Counted from the first letter of the stretch, positions 48,474-57,593 are shown. The stretch: DNA of 64,000 bases from Candidatus Saccharimonadales bacterium (GCA_025451045.1 JANWLD010000001.1:133812-197811); one strand, 5' to 3'. The notes: a model not told the origin generated them from the sequence alone. Program-made: numbers and translations.

Positions 48474-49508
48474 ATGATAAATGTAGACAAGTCGCCTAAA
48501 CCATTTTTTGTTTTGGCGCCGATGTATGATGTTACGGATACGGTCTTCCGCCAAATTATTTCCGATATTGCTCCGCCGGATTTGAGCATGAGCGAATTTG
48601 TCAACGTCGACGGCTTGGCTAGCGTTGGCCGGGACAAGCTACTGCCAAAAATAGTGTTCAACTCCTCTGAAACCCCAATAATCTATCAGTTCTGGGGCAA
48701 AAAACCAGAGAATTATAAAAAAATTATCGAACAAGTTTTTGACTATTCACTAATAAACTCCGCAAATGTCTTAGCCGGCCAGAAGAAGCTTGGCAAGGCC
48801 GGAAGGGAAAAAATCATAGGTATTGATATCAACATGGGCTGTCCGGACAAAGCGGTAGTTAAAAACGGCTGTTGTAGCGCTTTAATCAAAGACCATGCGC
48901 TAGCGGACGATATCATCGAAGCTGCCAGACAAGGCATTGCCGGTCGTGGTACATTAAGCGTGAAGACCCGCATTGGCTTTTCTGAGTTTAATCAAGATTG
49001 GATACGGTTTTTGTTATCAAAGAAACTTAACATGTTAAGTATTCATTTACGGACAGTCAAAGAGATGTCTAAAGTACCGGCTCATTTTGAACTTTTACCT
49101 GAGATTATAAAACTGCGTGATGAAATATCGCCTGAAACTTTGCTGGTGGCAAATGGAGATATTAAAAGCAGACAGCAAGCCATTGAATTACATAAACGCT
49201 ACAAGATAGACGGGGCGATGATTGGCACCGGGGTTTTTAGCAATCCATTCGCCTTTTCTGAAAATAATTCGTGGGATAGCTTTACTCCTTTAAATAAGAT
49301 AGAGCTGTATGAAAAACACGTGCGTTTGTTCAAATCAACTTGGAAAAAGAATGAGCGGCCTATTGTTACGCTGAATAAATTCTGTAAAATCTATATAAAC
49401 GGCTTCGATGGCGCGAAAGAACTGCGTGAGATTCTCATGCAAGCGAAAAGTGCCGATGATCTGGAAGGTAAACTTAACATGTTAAGCAAGGAATATACAA
49501 CAAGATGA
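48474..49508 (+). CDS. dus: tRNA-dihydrouridine synthase
   Basis: FVLAPMYDVTDTVFRQ, INMGCP and SVKTRIG motifs. Confidence 0.8.
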   Translation: MINVDKSPKPFFVLAPMYDVTDTVFRQIISDIAPPDLSMSEFVNVDGLASVGRDKLLPKIVFNSSETPIIYQFWGKKPENYKKIIEQVFDYSLINSANVLAGQKKLGKAGREKIIGIDINMGCPDKAVVKNGCCSALIKDHALADDIIEAARQGIAGRGTLSVKTRIGFSEFNQDWIRFLLSKKLNMLSIHLRTVKEMSKVPAHFELLPEIIKLRDEISPETLLVANGDIKSRQQAIELHKRYKIDGAMIGTGVFSNPFAFSENNSWDSFTPLNKIELYEKHVRLFKSTWKKNERPIVTLNKFCKIYINGFDGAKELREILMQAKSADDLEGKLNMLSKEYTTR

Positions 49509-50119
49509 ATGATATCGAAGCTTTTAAGGCCGCAATTCTAAGTAGTGGTATTTTGGATAAAGAGGGCACTCATCATGTCTTCAGCCAAGGCTTACATGGC
49601 CGGAAGATAGATTTCGACCTGATTGATGACGGCAGCAGCCTATTCCGGCAATGGGTAAGTCTTACCGCCGATTTTATCAAGGTTAACTACGCGCCAATGC
49701 CGGAAATATTGATAGGGGTGGCTAATGGGACGAACCGGTTGGCTTTGGCTGTCGCTGAAAAGCTAGGCTTAAAAGGCCTTACTACCATAAAGCCGGAAGG
49801 CTCTCGTAATCAACCGATACTTACCGAAGAGTCCAAAAAAGTTCTACAGGATATAAAGCCCGATTTTCTGGTAATTCTGGAAGACGTGGGTACTACAGGT
49901 ACGAATTCGTCGTCAGTATCAAAGTCAGTTCGCGAACTGGGGATAAAGAATTTTGAAGTTATAAATACATGGCAGAGAAGTGAGAACCTGAGGCTCTTGG
50001 ATGAGACGAGAGTACCTTATAAAGCCGTAATCAAAGAAGTACTAGTTAGCTATAAGCCGGAAGAATGCGATTACTGCAAAAAAGGCTGGGAACTCCTCGG
50101 CCACGGCCAAACCAAGTAG
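49505..50119 (+). CDS. phosphoribosyltransferase-fold protein (orotate PRTase-like)
   Basis: PRPP-binding motif FLVILEDVGTTGTNS. ATGA overlap with dus. Confidence 0.55.
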   Translation: MNDIEAFKAAILSSGILDKEGTHHVFSQGLHGRKIDFDLIDDGSSLFRQWVSLTADFIKVNYAPMPEILIGVANGTNRLALAVAEKLGLKGLTTIKPEGSRNQPILTEESKKVLQDIKPDFLVILEDVGTTGTNSSSVSKSVRELGIKNFEVINTWQRSENLRLLDETRVPYKAVIKEVLVSYKPEECDYCKKGWELLGHGQTK

Positions 50120-50137
50120 TCTTTAAATAATTTCTTT

Positions 50138-50213
50138 TGGTGGGGGTGGATGGAATCGAACCATCTACCAATCGGTTATGAGCCGACTGCTCTAACCGGT
50201 GAGCTACACCCCC
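50138..50213 (-). tRNA. tRNA with CAU anticodon (elongator Met or Ile2), CCA encoded
   Basis: The reverse complement GGGGGTGTAGCTCACCGGTTAGAGCAGTCGGCTCATAACCGATTGGTAGATGGTTCGATTCCATCCACCCCCACCA folds as a cloverleaf. The acceptor stem pairs GGGGGTG with CACCCCC, the anticodon loop is CTCATAA, and the T-loop is TTCGATT. Confidence 0.9.
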
Positions 50214-50231
50214 TAGAGCTTTGTAACAGAT

Positions 50232-50240
50232 TGAGTATAG
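50232..50240 (-). promoter_or_regulatory. extended -10 TGcTATACT (minus strand) upstream of tRNA
   Basis: The plus strand reads agtatagca at 50232-40, about 20 nt upstream of the tRNA 5' end. Confidence 0.45.
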
Positions 50241-50245
50241 CAGAT

Positions 50246-50254
50246 TGCTATAAT
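50246..50254 (+). promoter_or_regulatory. extended -10 TGcTATAAT 11 nt upstream of ATG 50266
   Basis: TG at 50246-47 and TATAAT at 50249-54. Confidence 0.45.
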
Positions 50255-50265
50255 ATTAAGTAGCG

Positions 50266-50718
50266 ATGCTACCGAAAATAAACAATGCGGATTTACAGAA
50301 GAAAATCAAACGGTTTTCTGATATACGAGTTATCGGACTGGTTGCCTTTGCTATAGTGGTCCTGCTGGTTTCGTGGAGTATCTTAAATGTCCTTCAGCTC
50401 AACTACCAGCTGGAAAGGCAAAAGGCCGACTTAGTACAAAAAAATCGTCTTGCTAAACTGGAAAACCAAAACCTTAATTTGCAGAATGTATATTTCCAGT
50501 CAGATGAATATCTGGAGCTAAGCGCCCGCAGCCAGCTGAACAAAGCCGCTCCCGGTGAAAAGCTGTATCAGATACCAAAAAGCGTTGCAATGGATCACAC
50601 TGTTGATTTAGCGAAGACCGAAAAGCAGATAAAAGGGGAGCAAGAACAGGATAAATCAAAATTAGTACGTAACTTAGAAAGTTGGCGTGATTTTTTCTTG
50701 CATGCTCAAAGTGATTAG
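50266..50718 (+). CDS. septum formation initiator-like (FtsB/DivIC family) membrane coiled-coil protein
   Basis: One TM (VIGLVAFAIVVLLVSW), then a coiled coil and the ...DEYLELSARSQLNKAAPGEKLY motif. Confidence 0.65.
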   Translation: MLPKINNADLQKKIKRFSDIRVIGLVAFAIVVLLVSWSILNVLQLNYQLERQKADLVQKNRLAKLENQNLNLQNVYFQSDEYLELSARSQLNKAAPGEKLYQIPKSVAMDHTVDLAKTEKQIKGEQEQDKSKLVRNLESWRDFFLHAQSD

Positions 50719-50728
50719 TTTAAGCTAA

Positions 50729-50890
50729 TCAATCACCAGTATCTACGCCGATAGCATCCAGTTCTTGCTGGTACCAGTCCGCGCTTCCTGTTTCAGCGCC
50801 ATATACAGCGGTAGTGCCCAAGTCTTCCACTGTTATACTGGATGACTGTTCACCATTACCAGGTTCAAATTCTGCGCTAAATTCATCCAT
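50729..50890 (-). CDS. possible small acidic protein (53 aa), not in ORF track
   Basis: My translation is MDEFSAEFEPGNGEQSSSITVEDLGTTAVYGAETGSADWYQQELDAIGVDTGD. An SD-like aaagga lies ~7 nt upstream. Confidence 0.3.
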   Translation of the reverse strand: MDEFSAEFEPGNGEQSSSITVEDLGTTAVYGAETGSADWYQQELDAIGVDTGD

Positions 50891-51126
50891 AATTTTTCCT
50901 TTACACAATCAAAACTCGGATTGCATGACCATTTTCGGAATGCGAATCTATATCTTCCGACGGGTTTTTCATTAATTGCTTCCTTTGTTTTTTGTGAGGT
51001 TAATTTACAAATTAACCATAACAATAATTTTGACCTAAAATCCAATAAATCGCCGATTTAATTAAAAAGATTGTTGTAAAAGCTACTGCTTAACTCATTC
51101 ATGATATAAAAGAGTACAATAAGTTT

Positions 51127-51942
51127 ATGATTTCTGATTTACCATCACGCCAAGCTGACGGGCACAAAGGAACATTCGGAACCGTCGCAATTTTTGGCGG
51201 TGATATTTCTGCTGATGAAGTTATGCTGGGCGGCCCGGCTTTCGCGGCTGAAGCCGCCCTGCGTACCGGAGCCGGCTTGGTTGCCTTTGTTGGCAAGAGG
51301 GAAGTGTTGGTAGAGTTAATAAAATTAGTGCCGCAGGCTGTCGGAATAATCTCATCCGGCAATTTTGAAGATTCATCTAAAAAGTGGACATCTGTCGTTA
51401 TAGGCCCAGGCTTAGGCGTTAATAATCAAAATATTAAACTTATTAATTCACTTTTAAGCTTAAAACTGCCAACAGTTATAGATGCTGACGGACTAAATAC
51501 ACTAGCCGAAAACCCTAATATTTCTAATAGTATCCATAAGGGGTGCGTACTAACGCCGCATGCCAAAGAATTTGAGCGTCTAGCCAAAGCTTTTGTAGTA
51601 AAAGATGCTGATGAATTAGCAAAAAAACTTGGTTGCGTCGTAGTTCTAAAAGACAGCATTACTTATGTGTCTGACAGTACAAAAAAGTGGTCTAACAAAT
51701 TAAAAAACCCAGCCCTGGCTACCGGCGGTACCGGCGACATACTGGCAGGTTTAATTGGCGGTCTGTTGGCGCAATACGCACCTAAAACACTATCGGTTTT
51801 TGACTGCGCGCGCTTAGCCGTAGAGATTCATGCTGAAGCCGGAAAAGAGTGGAAGAATCAGCACGGTTCAGGAGGCCTTATAATAGAAGAACTTTTAGCT
51901 CTGATACCCAAAGTTATGGAAAAAATGAGACGATCTCAGTAG
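51127..51942 (+). CDS. nnrD: ADP-dependent NAD(P)H-hydrate dehydratase (YjeF C-terminal type)
   Basis: GHKGTFGTVAIFGG and GGTGDILAGLIGGLLAQ motifs. TACAAT lies 6 nt upstream of the ATG. Confidence 0.8.
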   Translation: MISDLPSRQADGHKGTFGTVAIFGGDISADEVMLGGPAFAAEAALRTGAGLVAFVGKREVLVELIKLVPQAVGIISSGNFEDSSKKWTSVVIGPGLGVNNQNIKLINSLLSLKLPTVIDADGLNTLAENPNISNSIHKGCVLTPHAKEFERLAKAFVVKDADELAKKLGCVVVLKDSITYVSDSTKKWSNKLKNPALATGGTGDILAGLIGGLLAQYAPKTLSVFDCARLAVEIHAEAGKEWKNQHGSGGLIIEELLALIPKVMEKMRRSQ

Positions 51943-52730
51943 ATGTCACGCCGCCGGAAAGCCAGCCATGACAAAGCCGCGCACAATAAAATTATTCCTA
52001 CGAAAAACCATAGATTACTCCAATTGAACGTCTCTCTCAATATTGCCTCAGACTGATAATAATGAAAAGGAAAGACTTTAGCCGGGAACTTTAGCCAGTC
52101 TACCGTGCCTGCCAACGAGCTTATCAAATATCCTCCAAAGGCCATGAACGTCGCGATGCCGATGCTGGCGCCCCTTGTCCTGCCGATTGAGGAGAGTAAA
52201 AAGGCAATCGCGCTGAAACTAAGAACCAATAAGAAACACGCAAAAGTAACAAGTACTATCAATTTCGCAGCTACATCTAAATCAACAATCAAGGCGGTAA
52301 GTATCGTAGTTAGCAGTCCTATACAAGTAACCGCGCCCAAAATAATAGTTCCAGCACTAGCCTTTGCCAACAACAATCTGGTTCTTGATATCGGCCGGGA
52401 AAGCAGTGATTCTATGGTAAGCTCCTGTTCTTCTTTGCCTATCAGGCTGCTACCCAAGCTGATTGCCAAAATTCCTAAAATCAGCGGAAGCGATAAGAAG
52501 AATATCTGGCTGTTGAGGAATCCTATAGCCGAAAAAAAATCCGTACTGCCGCCTAACAGTTGCAGAGCCGCATCCGGTATATTATCAAAGCTTTTTTGCA
52601 ATTGCTCGGCTTGGTCTTTGAAAGAAGGATAAAACACCATATTTATGAATATCATTGCCACCACGCCGATGGACCACCACATGGTGCTCCATCGCCTTTG
52701 CCAAAGGGTCCATTTGATAACTGGTATCAT
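51936..52730 (-). CDS. ABC-2 family permease
   Basis: 6 TM helices. It overlaps the upstream ATPase gene by 4 nt. Confidence 0.7.
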   Translation of the reverse strand: MIPVIKWTLWQRRWSTMWWSIGVVAMIFINMVFYPSFKDQAEQLQKSFDNIPDAALQLLGGSTDFFSAIGFLNSQIFFLSLPLILGILAISLGSSLIGKEEQELTIESLLSRPISRTRLLLAKASAGTIILGAVTCIGLLTTILTALIVDLDVAAKLIVLVTFACFLLVLSFSAIAFLLSSIGRTRGASIGIATFMAFGGYLISSLAGTVDWLKFPAKVFPFHYYQSEAILRETFNWSNLWFFVGIILLCAALSWLAFRRRDIY

Positions 52731-53647
52731 CGTCTTTCTCCCTTGCCTTCATAGAAGCGAAGGAACACTTCTTCCAAGTCTAAGGTTCTAGTGTCGATTC
52801 CTGTTATATTATTCTTGCTGAGCAGGGTAAAGAGCGGAGCAAGCTTGCCGTGGATATGAATGGTAACGCGGTTTTGATTGTGGCTGGTAACTTTCAGGCC
52901 TTTGATTTTCTTTAGCTCCGTCAACGGGATTTTATCCGCGAAAGTTATGTCAAAAGTCTGGGCGGCTTCAGATGCCATTTCGGCAATGCTTCGTTCTACA
53001 ATCAGTTTCCCTTCTCTTATTATCCCGACACGGTCGCACATCTTCTGAACTTCGCTTAATATATGGCTGCTTGCGAAAACTACGACACCGCGTTGTTTAG
53101 CTTCTTTCATAAGGCCATAAAATTCCTCTTGTATTAAGGGGTCGAACCCACTGGTAGGCTCGTCCAATATCAGGACTTCCGGTTCATGCATCAGGGCTTG
53201 GATTAATCCGATTTTCTGTCTATTCCCCCGGGAAAGCTCGCCCAAGGGTTTGCTAAACTCAGCTTTAAGGCGTTTTCCCAGTTTTTTCTCGTAGCCCTTG
53301 CTTTTAAGAGGCTGCAATTCGCTCATATATCCAAGGTACTGTTTGCCAGTCATCTTTTCATAAACAGAAAAATCACCGGATAGGTACCCGACATGCCGCT
53401 TAAGAGTTGTTGCGTCTTCCACTATGTCATAGCCAAGTATGGTGGCTGTGCCGCCGCTGGGCCCAATGAAGTTCATCAGTGTTCGTATGGTAGTGGATTT
53501 GCCGGCCCCATTTGGCCCCAAAAACCCATAAACTTCGCCGGGTTTTACTTCAAGCGATAGGTCATCAAGCGCCAGTTGCTCAGATTTTCCATACCTTTTG
53601 CTCAGCTTTTTGATAACTAAGCCGGAATCACGGTCTTTATTCGGCAT
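52727..53647 (-). CDS. ABC transporter ATP-binding protein
   Basis: GPNGAGKST, LSRGNRQKIGLI and LILDEPTSGFD motifs. Confidence 0.85.
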   Translation of the reverse strand: MPNKDRDSGLVIKKLSKRYGKSEQLALDDLSLEVKPGEVYGFLGPNGAGKSTTIRTLMNFIGPSGGTATILGYDIVEDATTLKRHVGYLSGDFSVYEKMTGKQYLGYMSELQPLKSKGYEKKLGKRLKAEFSKPLGELSRGNRQKIGLIQALMHEPEVLILDEPTSGFDPLIQEEFYGLMKEAKQRGVVVFASSHILSEVQKMCDRVGIIREGKLIVERSIAEMASEAAQTFDITFADKIPLTELKKIKGLKVTSHNQNRVTIHIHGKLAPLFTLLSKNNITGIDTRTLDLEEVFLRFYEGKGERR

Positions 53648-53661
53648 ATCTATATCTTATT

Positions 53662-54105
53662 TTACTCTCCGTGATATTTATGGGCAATGGCGTGGCCTTT
53701 GCCGCGGGCTATCAAAAAACGATTGAAGGGGAAAGCTACAATGAATGCCACGACCAAAGACAAACCGAGGCTTAGCCAAAACAGTACCGTGTCCAATCCG
53801 GCAGCTAAAGCTCCCGGAACCAGCGCGATAAAACCATTGTCAGTGATTTCCATCACAAGGATAGATATAGTATCGGCGGCTAAGGCTATCTTCAACGCTT
53901 TTTTCAACCCCAAACCATGGCTGATAAGAGGTTTCATACTAAGCGAGTATCCAAAAACAAAAGCCAGCAATATTGAAATAGTTATACTGCCCGTGGCTGA
54001 CCAGCCAAGAGCGGCAGATACCACCATGCCGATAATTTCGCCAATAGCACAACCGGTCAGGCAGTGAAGGGTAGCACTGGCGGCAGTCCGATCTAGGTTA
54101 TCCAT
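53662..54105 (-). CDS. DUF4396-like membrane protein
   Basis: LHCLTGCAIGEIIGMVV N-terminal motif and 4 TM helices. Confidence 0.6.
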   Translation of the reverse strand: MDNLDRTAASATLHCLTGCAIGEIIGMVVSAALGWSATGSITISILLAFVFGYSLSMKPLISHGLGLKKALKIALAADTISILVMEITDNGFIALVPGALAAGLDTVLFWLSLGLSLVVAFIVAFPFNRFLIARGKGHAIAHKYHGE

Positions 54106-54156
54106 AAAGCTATATTAAACCCTCATAACGGTAATTAATAACAAGAAGAAGTCGGG

Positions 54157-54882
54157 CTATGCGAAACGGGTAACTATAAACATAAAAATTACACCTAAAA
54201 TCGTCAAACCGGTCGCCTTATAGCTGGAATGTTTGCTATGTGCCTCCGGCAAAAGGTTGCTAGCACTGATATATAGTATAAAACCGGCGAAAAAACCTAG
54301 ATATATCGCAAGGGCGGTTTCTGATAATACAAAAGCTAAACTAAGTAAACCGCCGGCGATTGGCATAAGGACAACAACTGCCAGCCACTTTTTGATGTGT
54401 GTCAGCTTATTTTGGTTAAATAGCATAAAAGTTGTCGTATCGAAGCCATCGGCAAAACGGTGCCCGATAACAGCAATTGCTACCGCTGTTCCGACGGCCG
54501 CAGATACTTGAAAAGCTACACCGATACTGAGTCCGTCTAAAAAACTATGCCCACTAAGAGCCACCGCCCGGGCTACTCCTAATTTAGGGTGGCGATGCGG
54601 GCTGTATTGTTGTTCGCTTGCTTCGTGCAATGGGATAAACTTCTCAAACAGATGAAAAAGCAAAAACCCGGAAGCCATAGCCACCATCGGCCATACCGGG
54701 TCTAAGCCTTGCGATTGGGCAATTTCAAAGATTTCCGGCAGAAGGTCAAATATTACTAACCCCAAAACCAGTCCGGAAGTTAACGCCAACATTAAATTCA
54801 GCCATCGTTGGCTACGAATTGCCGTATATCCGCCAAGTAAAGCTGCTACCGATGCCGCTATCGTTAGAAGAAAAACAACCAT
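54157..54882 (-). CDS. ZIP-family divalent metal (zinc) transporter
   Basis: 8 TM helices with HSFLDGLSIG and GHRFADGF motifs. Confidence 0.8.
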   Translation of the reverse strand: MVVFLLTIAASVAALLGGYTAIRSQRWLNLMLALTSGLVLGLVIFDLLPEIFEIAQSQGLDPVWPMVAMASGFLLFHLFEKFIPLHEASEQQYSPHRHPKLGVARAVALSGHSFLDGLSIGVAFQVSAAVGTAVAIAVIGHRFADGFDTTTFMLFNQNKLTHIKKWLAVVVLMPIAGGLLSLAFVLSETALAIYLGFFAGFILYISASNLLPEAHSKHSSYKATGLTILGVIFMFIVTRFA

Positions 54883-54912
54883 AAATTGATTCTACATCGG
54901 CCCGCTGCATAT

Positions 54913-54947
54913 TTGCAAATTTGTTGCAATAATGATAAATTTTGCAA
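54913..54947. promoter_or_regulatory. three self-palindromic TTGCAA hexamers plus AATAATGATAAAT Fur-box-like core (candidate Zur operator)
   Basis: TTGCAA occurs at 54913-18, 54924-29 and 54942-47, all within the 66-bp divergent ZIP/Fur intergenic region. Confidence 0.45.
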
Positions 54948-54948
54948 T

Positions 54949-55362
54949 ATGGACAGCGAAACCAAGCTGAAAAAACTGCTCAAAGATAAAGGCTACAGTA
55001 TTACCAAGCCAAGACTGATTGTTTTTAGTTTTCTGCAGAACATGGACGGGCCGGTTTCTGTGGCCGAACTGGCCAAATCGTTACAAGATATCGACAAAGT
55101 CAGTATTTATCGCACCATAGATTTGTTTGAATCCGCAGGGATAATCCATCGGGTTTGGACAGGCTTTAAAAGCAGAGTAGAACTTAGCGAAGAATTTTCA
55201 GAACACCATCACCACTTTACCTGTGTGAATTGCGGCAAGATAATTTCATTTGACAGCGCGGCATTGGAAAAAAGTCTAACGAGCCTTGAAAAAAGCAAGG
55301 GACTTGAACTTACCCATCACTCGGTAGAGCTAACCGGCTACTGCCAGGCCTGCAGAGGCTAA
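54949..55362 (+). CDS. Fur-family metalloregulator (probably Zur)
   Basis: ITKPRLIVFSFL wHTH, the HHHHFTCVNCGKI...CQAC zinc sites and adjacency to the ZIP gene. ATG 54949 is preferred over the ORF-track start. Confidence 0.75.
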   Translation: MDSETKLKKLLKDKGYSITKPRLIVFSFLQNMDGPVSVAELAKSLQDIDKVSIYRTIDLFESAGIIHRVWTGFKSRVELSEEFSEHHHHFTCVNCGKIISFDSAALEKSLTSLEKSKGLELTHHSVELTGYCQACRG

Positions 55363-56546
55363 TTGTCTTCTTTTTGTTTATAAAATTGAGCCGTCGGGGA
55401 ATCTTCACCCCTCATGGTAATAATTGTGCTGTTTCCGTTCTTTAGATTTTTGCTTATGTGAAAAAACTTGGCGGCCTGGTTCTTATAAGGTCGGTAATCC
55501 AGCCAGGGCGTATGTGTCATGCCAGCACTCGATACGTTTGCGGCTAGGTTATCAATATCTGGCTGGCCTCCTACATAAGCGGCACCAACCATCCGGCCCA
55601 AAGCGTTGCAGACTTCTTCTTGGCTTGCTAAATCCAAATTATCCTCAGCCGCGGCATTAAACGTAGCTATGTAATCCTGCATGGATTTTTCTTCAGGCCT
55701 GTGTCCTGGCACCGTTTCTGCGTTATCAACTTCGACTATGGATTGGCATATCTCGGTCGCGATAATCCAGGGGATAAAAGGGTTGTTACCTGATCCGCTG
55801 TCCTTTATAAAACTTAAAGTAAGGTTAGGGTCGCGCCACGAAGTAACGCCATCGCTTCTGGGCAGCTCCTTCCTCAAATATTCTGGGATTGACTTTGTCA
55901 TTATCATGACGTGCGGAACACGGCGCGGCTGTACATTAGCCGTGGTATGGCCGCCGATTGTAAATTCTTCGTCCCCTTGTCCGGCCAGCCAGGACTTTGT
56001 AGCCTTAATTGCATAATTAACAAAAAGTAAATCTACAGGATTTTCCGTAGCGTTGAACATAGCAAACGGATACTTATAAAGATATTGTTTGAACTCCGGC
56101 TTGAAAAGTTTCTGATCCTGCATGTATATTACTTCGCTAAGGCGGGGAGTTGGGGAAGGTTTATCGCTGTCAGGGTCAGAAAAGTAATCACGAAAAACCT
56201 TGCGGGACGAGGCAGCTGGTTTTAGTACTCCGGTCGTATGTCCCTGCGACATGTATTCCGAGTACATGCTTTCTTTGACGTCTTCTACGGTTGGGCTTGT
56301 GTCGTCGATTTCTCCTATTGGAGCGTAATTCTCTTTGCCAATCTGCGCGCCGCCTGATAGAGGAGTAGTATTATCTTCGAAGGCGTCTTTTACTCCTCGC
56401 AAGCCTACCACGGCTAATGCGGCAACGCTCAAGCCTAGTGCCGCTGTTGCGCTAACCCGTTTAATAAGAGAATATTGAGCCTGTCTTTGCTCCGCCTGCT
56501 CTTGCTCTGAAGGGGGGCTAGGCGACTCAAACCTAGCTTGTTCCAT
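55359..56546 (-). CDS. hypothetical membrane-anchored extracytoplasmic protein
   Basis: One TM (VSATAALGLSVAALAVVGL). ATG 56546 lies 7 nt downstream of the extended -10 TGtTAAAGT (56554-62, minus strand). The ORF track start is TTG 56582. Confidence 0.45.
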   Translation of the reverse strand: MEQARFESPSPPSEQEQAEQRQAQYSLIKRVSATAALGLSVAALAVVGLRGVKDAFEDNTTPLSGGAQIGKENYAPIGEIDDTSPTVEDVKESMYSEYMSQGHTTGVLKPAASSRKVFRDYFSDPDSDKPSPTPRLSEVIYMQDQKLFKPEFKQYLYKYPFAMFNATENPVDLLFVNYAIKATKSWLAGQGDEEFTIGGHTTANVQPRRVPHVMIMTKSIPEYLRKELPRSDGVTSWRDPNLTLSFIKDSGSGNNPFIPWIIATEICQSIVEVDNAETVPGHRPEEKSMQDYIATFNAAAEDNLDLASQEEVCNALGRMVGAAYVGGQPDIDNLAANVSSAGMTHTPWLDYRPYKNQAAKFFHISKNLKNGNSTIITMRGEDSPTAQFYKQKEDN

Positions 56547-56607
56547 GTGGATAACTTTAACATTTACAGTAGTTTTTGTCAAACTAGGGACAATAAAGGG
56601 TGTGCGT

Positions 56608-56639
56608 TGACTTTTTCACCCCTGTTTGGTAGTATAAAT
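56608..56639 (+). promoter_or_regulatory. promoter TTGACT-17-TAGTAT(AAA) upstream of initiator tRNA
   Basis: TTGACT at 56608-13 and TAGTAT/TATAAA at 56631-39. The tRNA 5' end is at 56659. Confidence 0.5.
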
Positions 56640-56658
56640 ATTCGCTAAGCGAAATTGA

Positions 56659-56733
56659 CGCGGGGTGGAGCAGCGGCAGCTCGTGTGGCTCATAACCACA
56701 AGGTCGCAGGTTCGAGTCCTGCCCCCGCTACCA
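56659..56733 (+). tRNA. initiator tRNA-fMet (CAU), CCA encoded
   Basis: CGCGGGGTGGAGCAGC...GGCTCATAACC...GGTTCGAGTCCTGCCCCCGCTACCA. The C1 x U72 mismatch and close resemblance to E. coli tRNA-fMet support the call. Confidence 0.9.
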
Positions 56734-56801
56734 AGTATAAACATTTTACAAAGGGGTCATTTGACCTCTTTTTGTTATGATGGAGTTAGCTAGGGAATAC
56801 T

Positions 56802-57593
56802 ATGAAAAAACTTGAAGAATTATTAAGCCTAAAGAATAAAGCCGCAATCGTAACAGGCGGTGCTAAAGGCATAGGCTACGGAATTGCTTACCGACTGGCT
56901 GAAGCCGGGGCCAAAGTCCTAATTGCGGACATGGATGAAGAAACTGCTAGCAAAACTGCCAAAGAACTAGCCGATAAAGGCTGGATAGCCGAAGCGTTTA
57001 AAGTTGACGTATCTCACGAAGAAAATGTAAAAGCCATGATTTCTGCTTGCAAGGATAAATTTGGCGCAGTAGATATTTTAGTAAATAATGCCGGTATTTA
57101 TCCTCCTGCTCCAGTTGCCCAGATGACACAGGAACAATTTGAAAGAGTTATGGATGTGAACCTTCGCAGTGTATTCTTAACCACTAAATATGCGGCAGAA
57201 GTAATGAAGCCAAAGGGCGATGGCAGGATTATAAATATTACTTCAATTGATGCACTGCACCCATCAATGGTCGGACTTGCCCACTATGATGCATCCAAGC
57301 ACGGTATGTGGGGCTTTACCAAGAATTCAGCATTAGAGCTTGCCGAACATAATATTTGGGTCAATGCTATTGCTCCGGGCGGTATTGCTACCCCAGGAGT
57401 CGCAGCTATGAGCCAAGGTGCTTCAGCGGAGCAAATGGCAGTCTCAACTAAAACATTCATGGCTAAAATACCCATGCATCGTATGGGCGAGCCTGATGAA
57501 ATAGGTATGGTAGCCCTGTTTTTGGCATCAGACATGTCCTCATACATGACCGGCAGCCAGATTGTGGTTGATGGCGGGGCATTACTGTCTTAA
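56802..57593 (+). CDS. short-chain dehydrogenase/reductase (FabG-like)
   Basis: TGGAKGIGYGIA, NNAG and the YDASK catalytic motif. Confidence 0.85.
   Translation: MKKLEELLSLKNKAAIVTGGAKGIGYGIAYRLAEAGAKVLIADMDEETASKTAKELADKGWIAEAFKVDVSHEENVKAMISACKDKFGAVDILVNNAGIYPPAPVAQMTQEQFERVMDVNLRSVFLTTKYAAEVMKPKGDGRIINITSIDALHPSMVGLAHYDASKHGMWGFTKNSALELAEHNIWVNAIAPGGIATPGVAAMSQGASAEQMAVSTKTFMAKIPMHRMGEPDEIGMVALFLASDMSSYMTGSQIVVDGGALLS

Noticed and set aside
50120-50265. tRNA-adjacent genomic island or integration site (also checked around 56583..56801)
   Set aside because: No integrase gene, no direct repeat of the tRNA 3' end and no compositional break are visible next to either tRNA.
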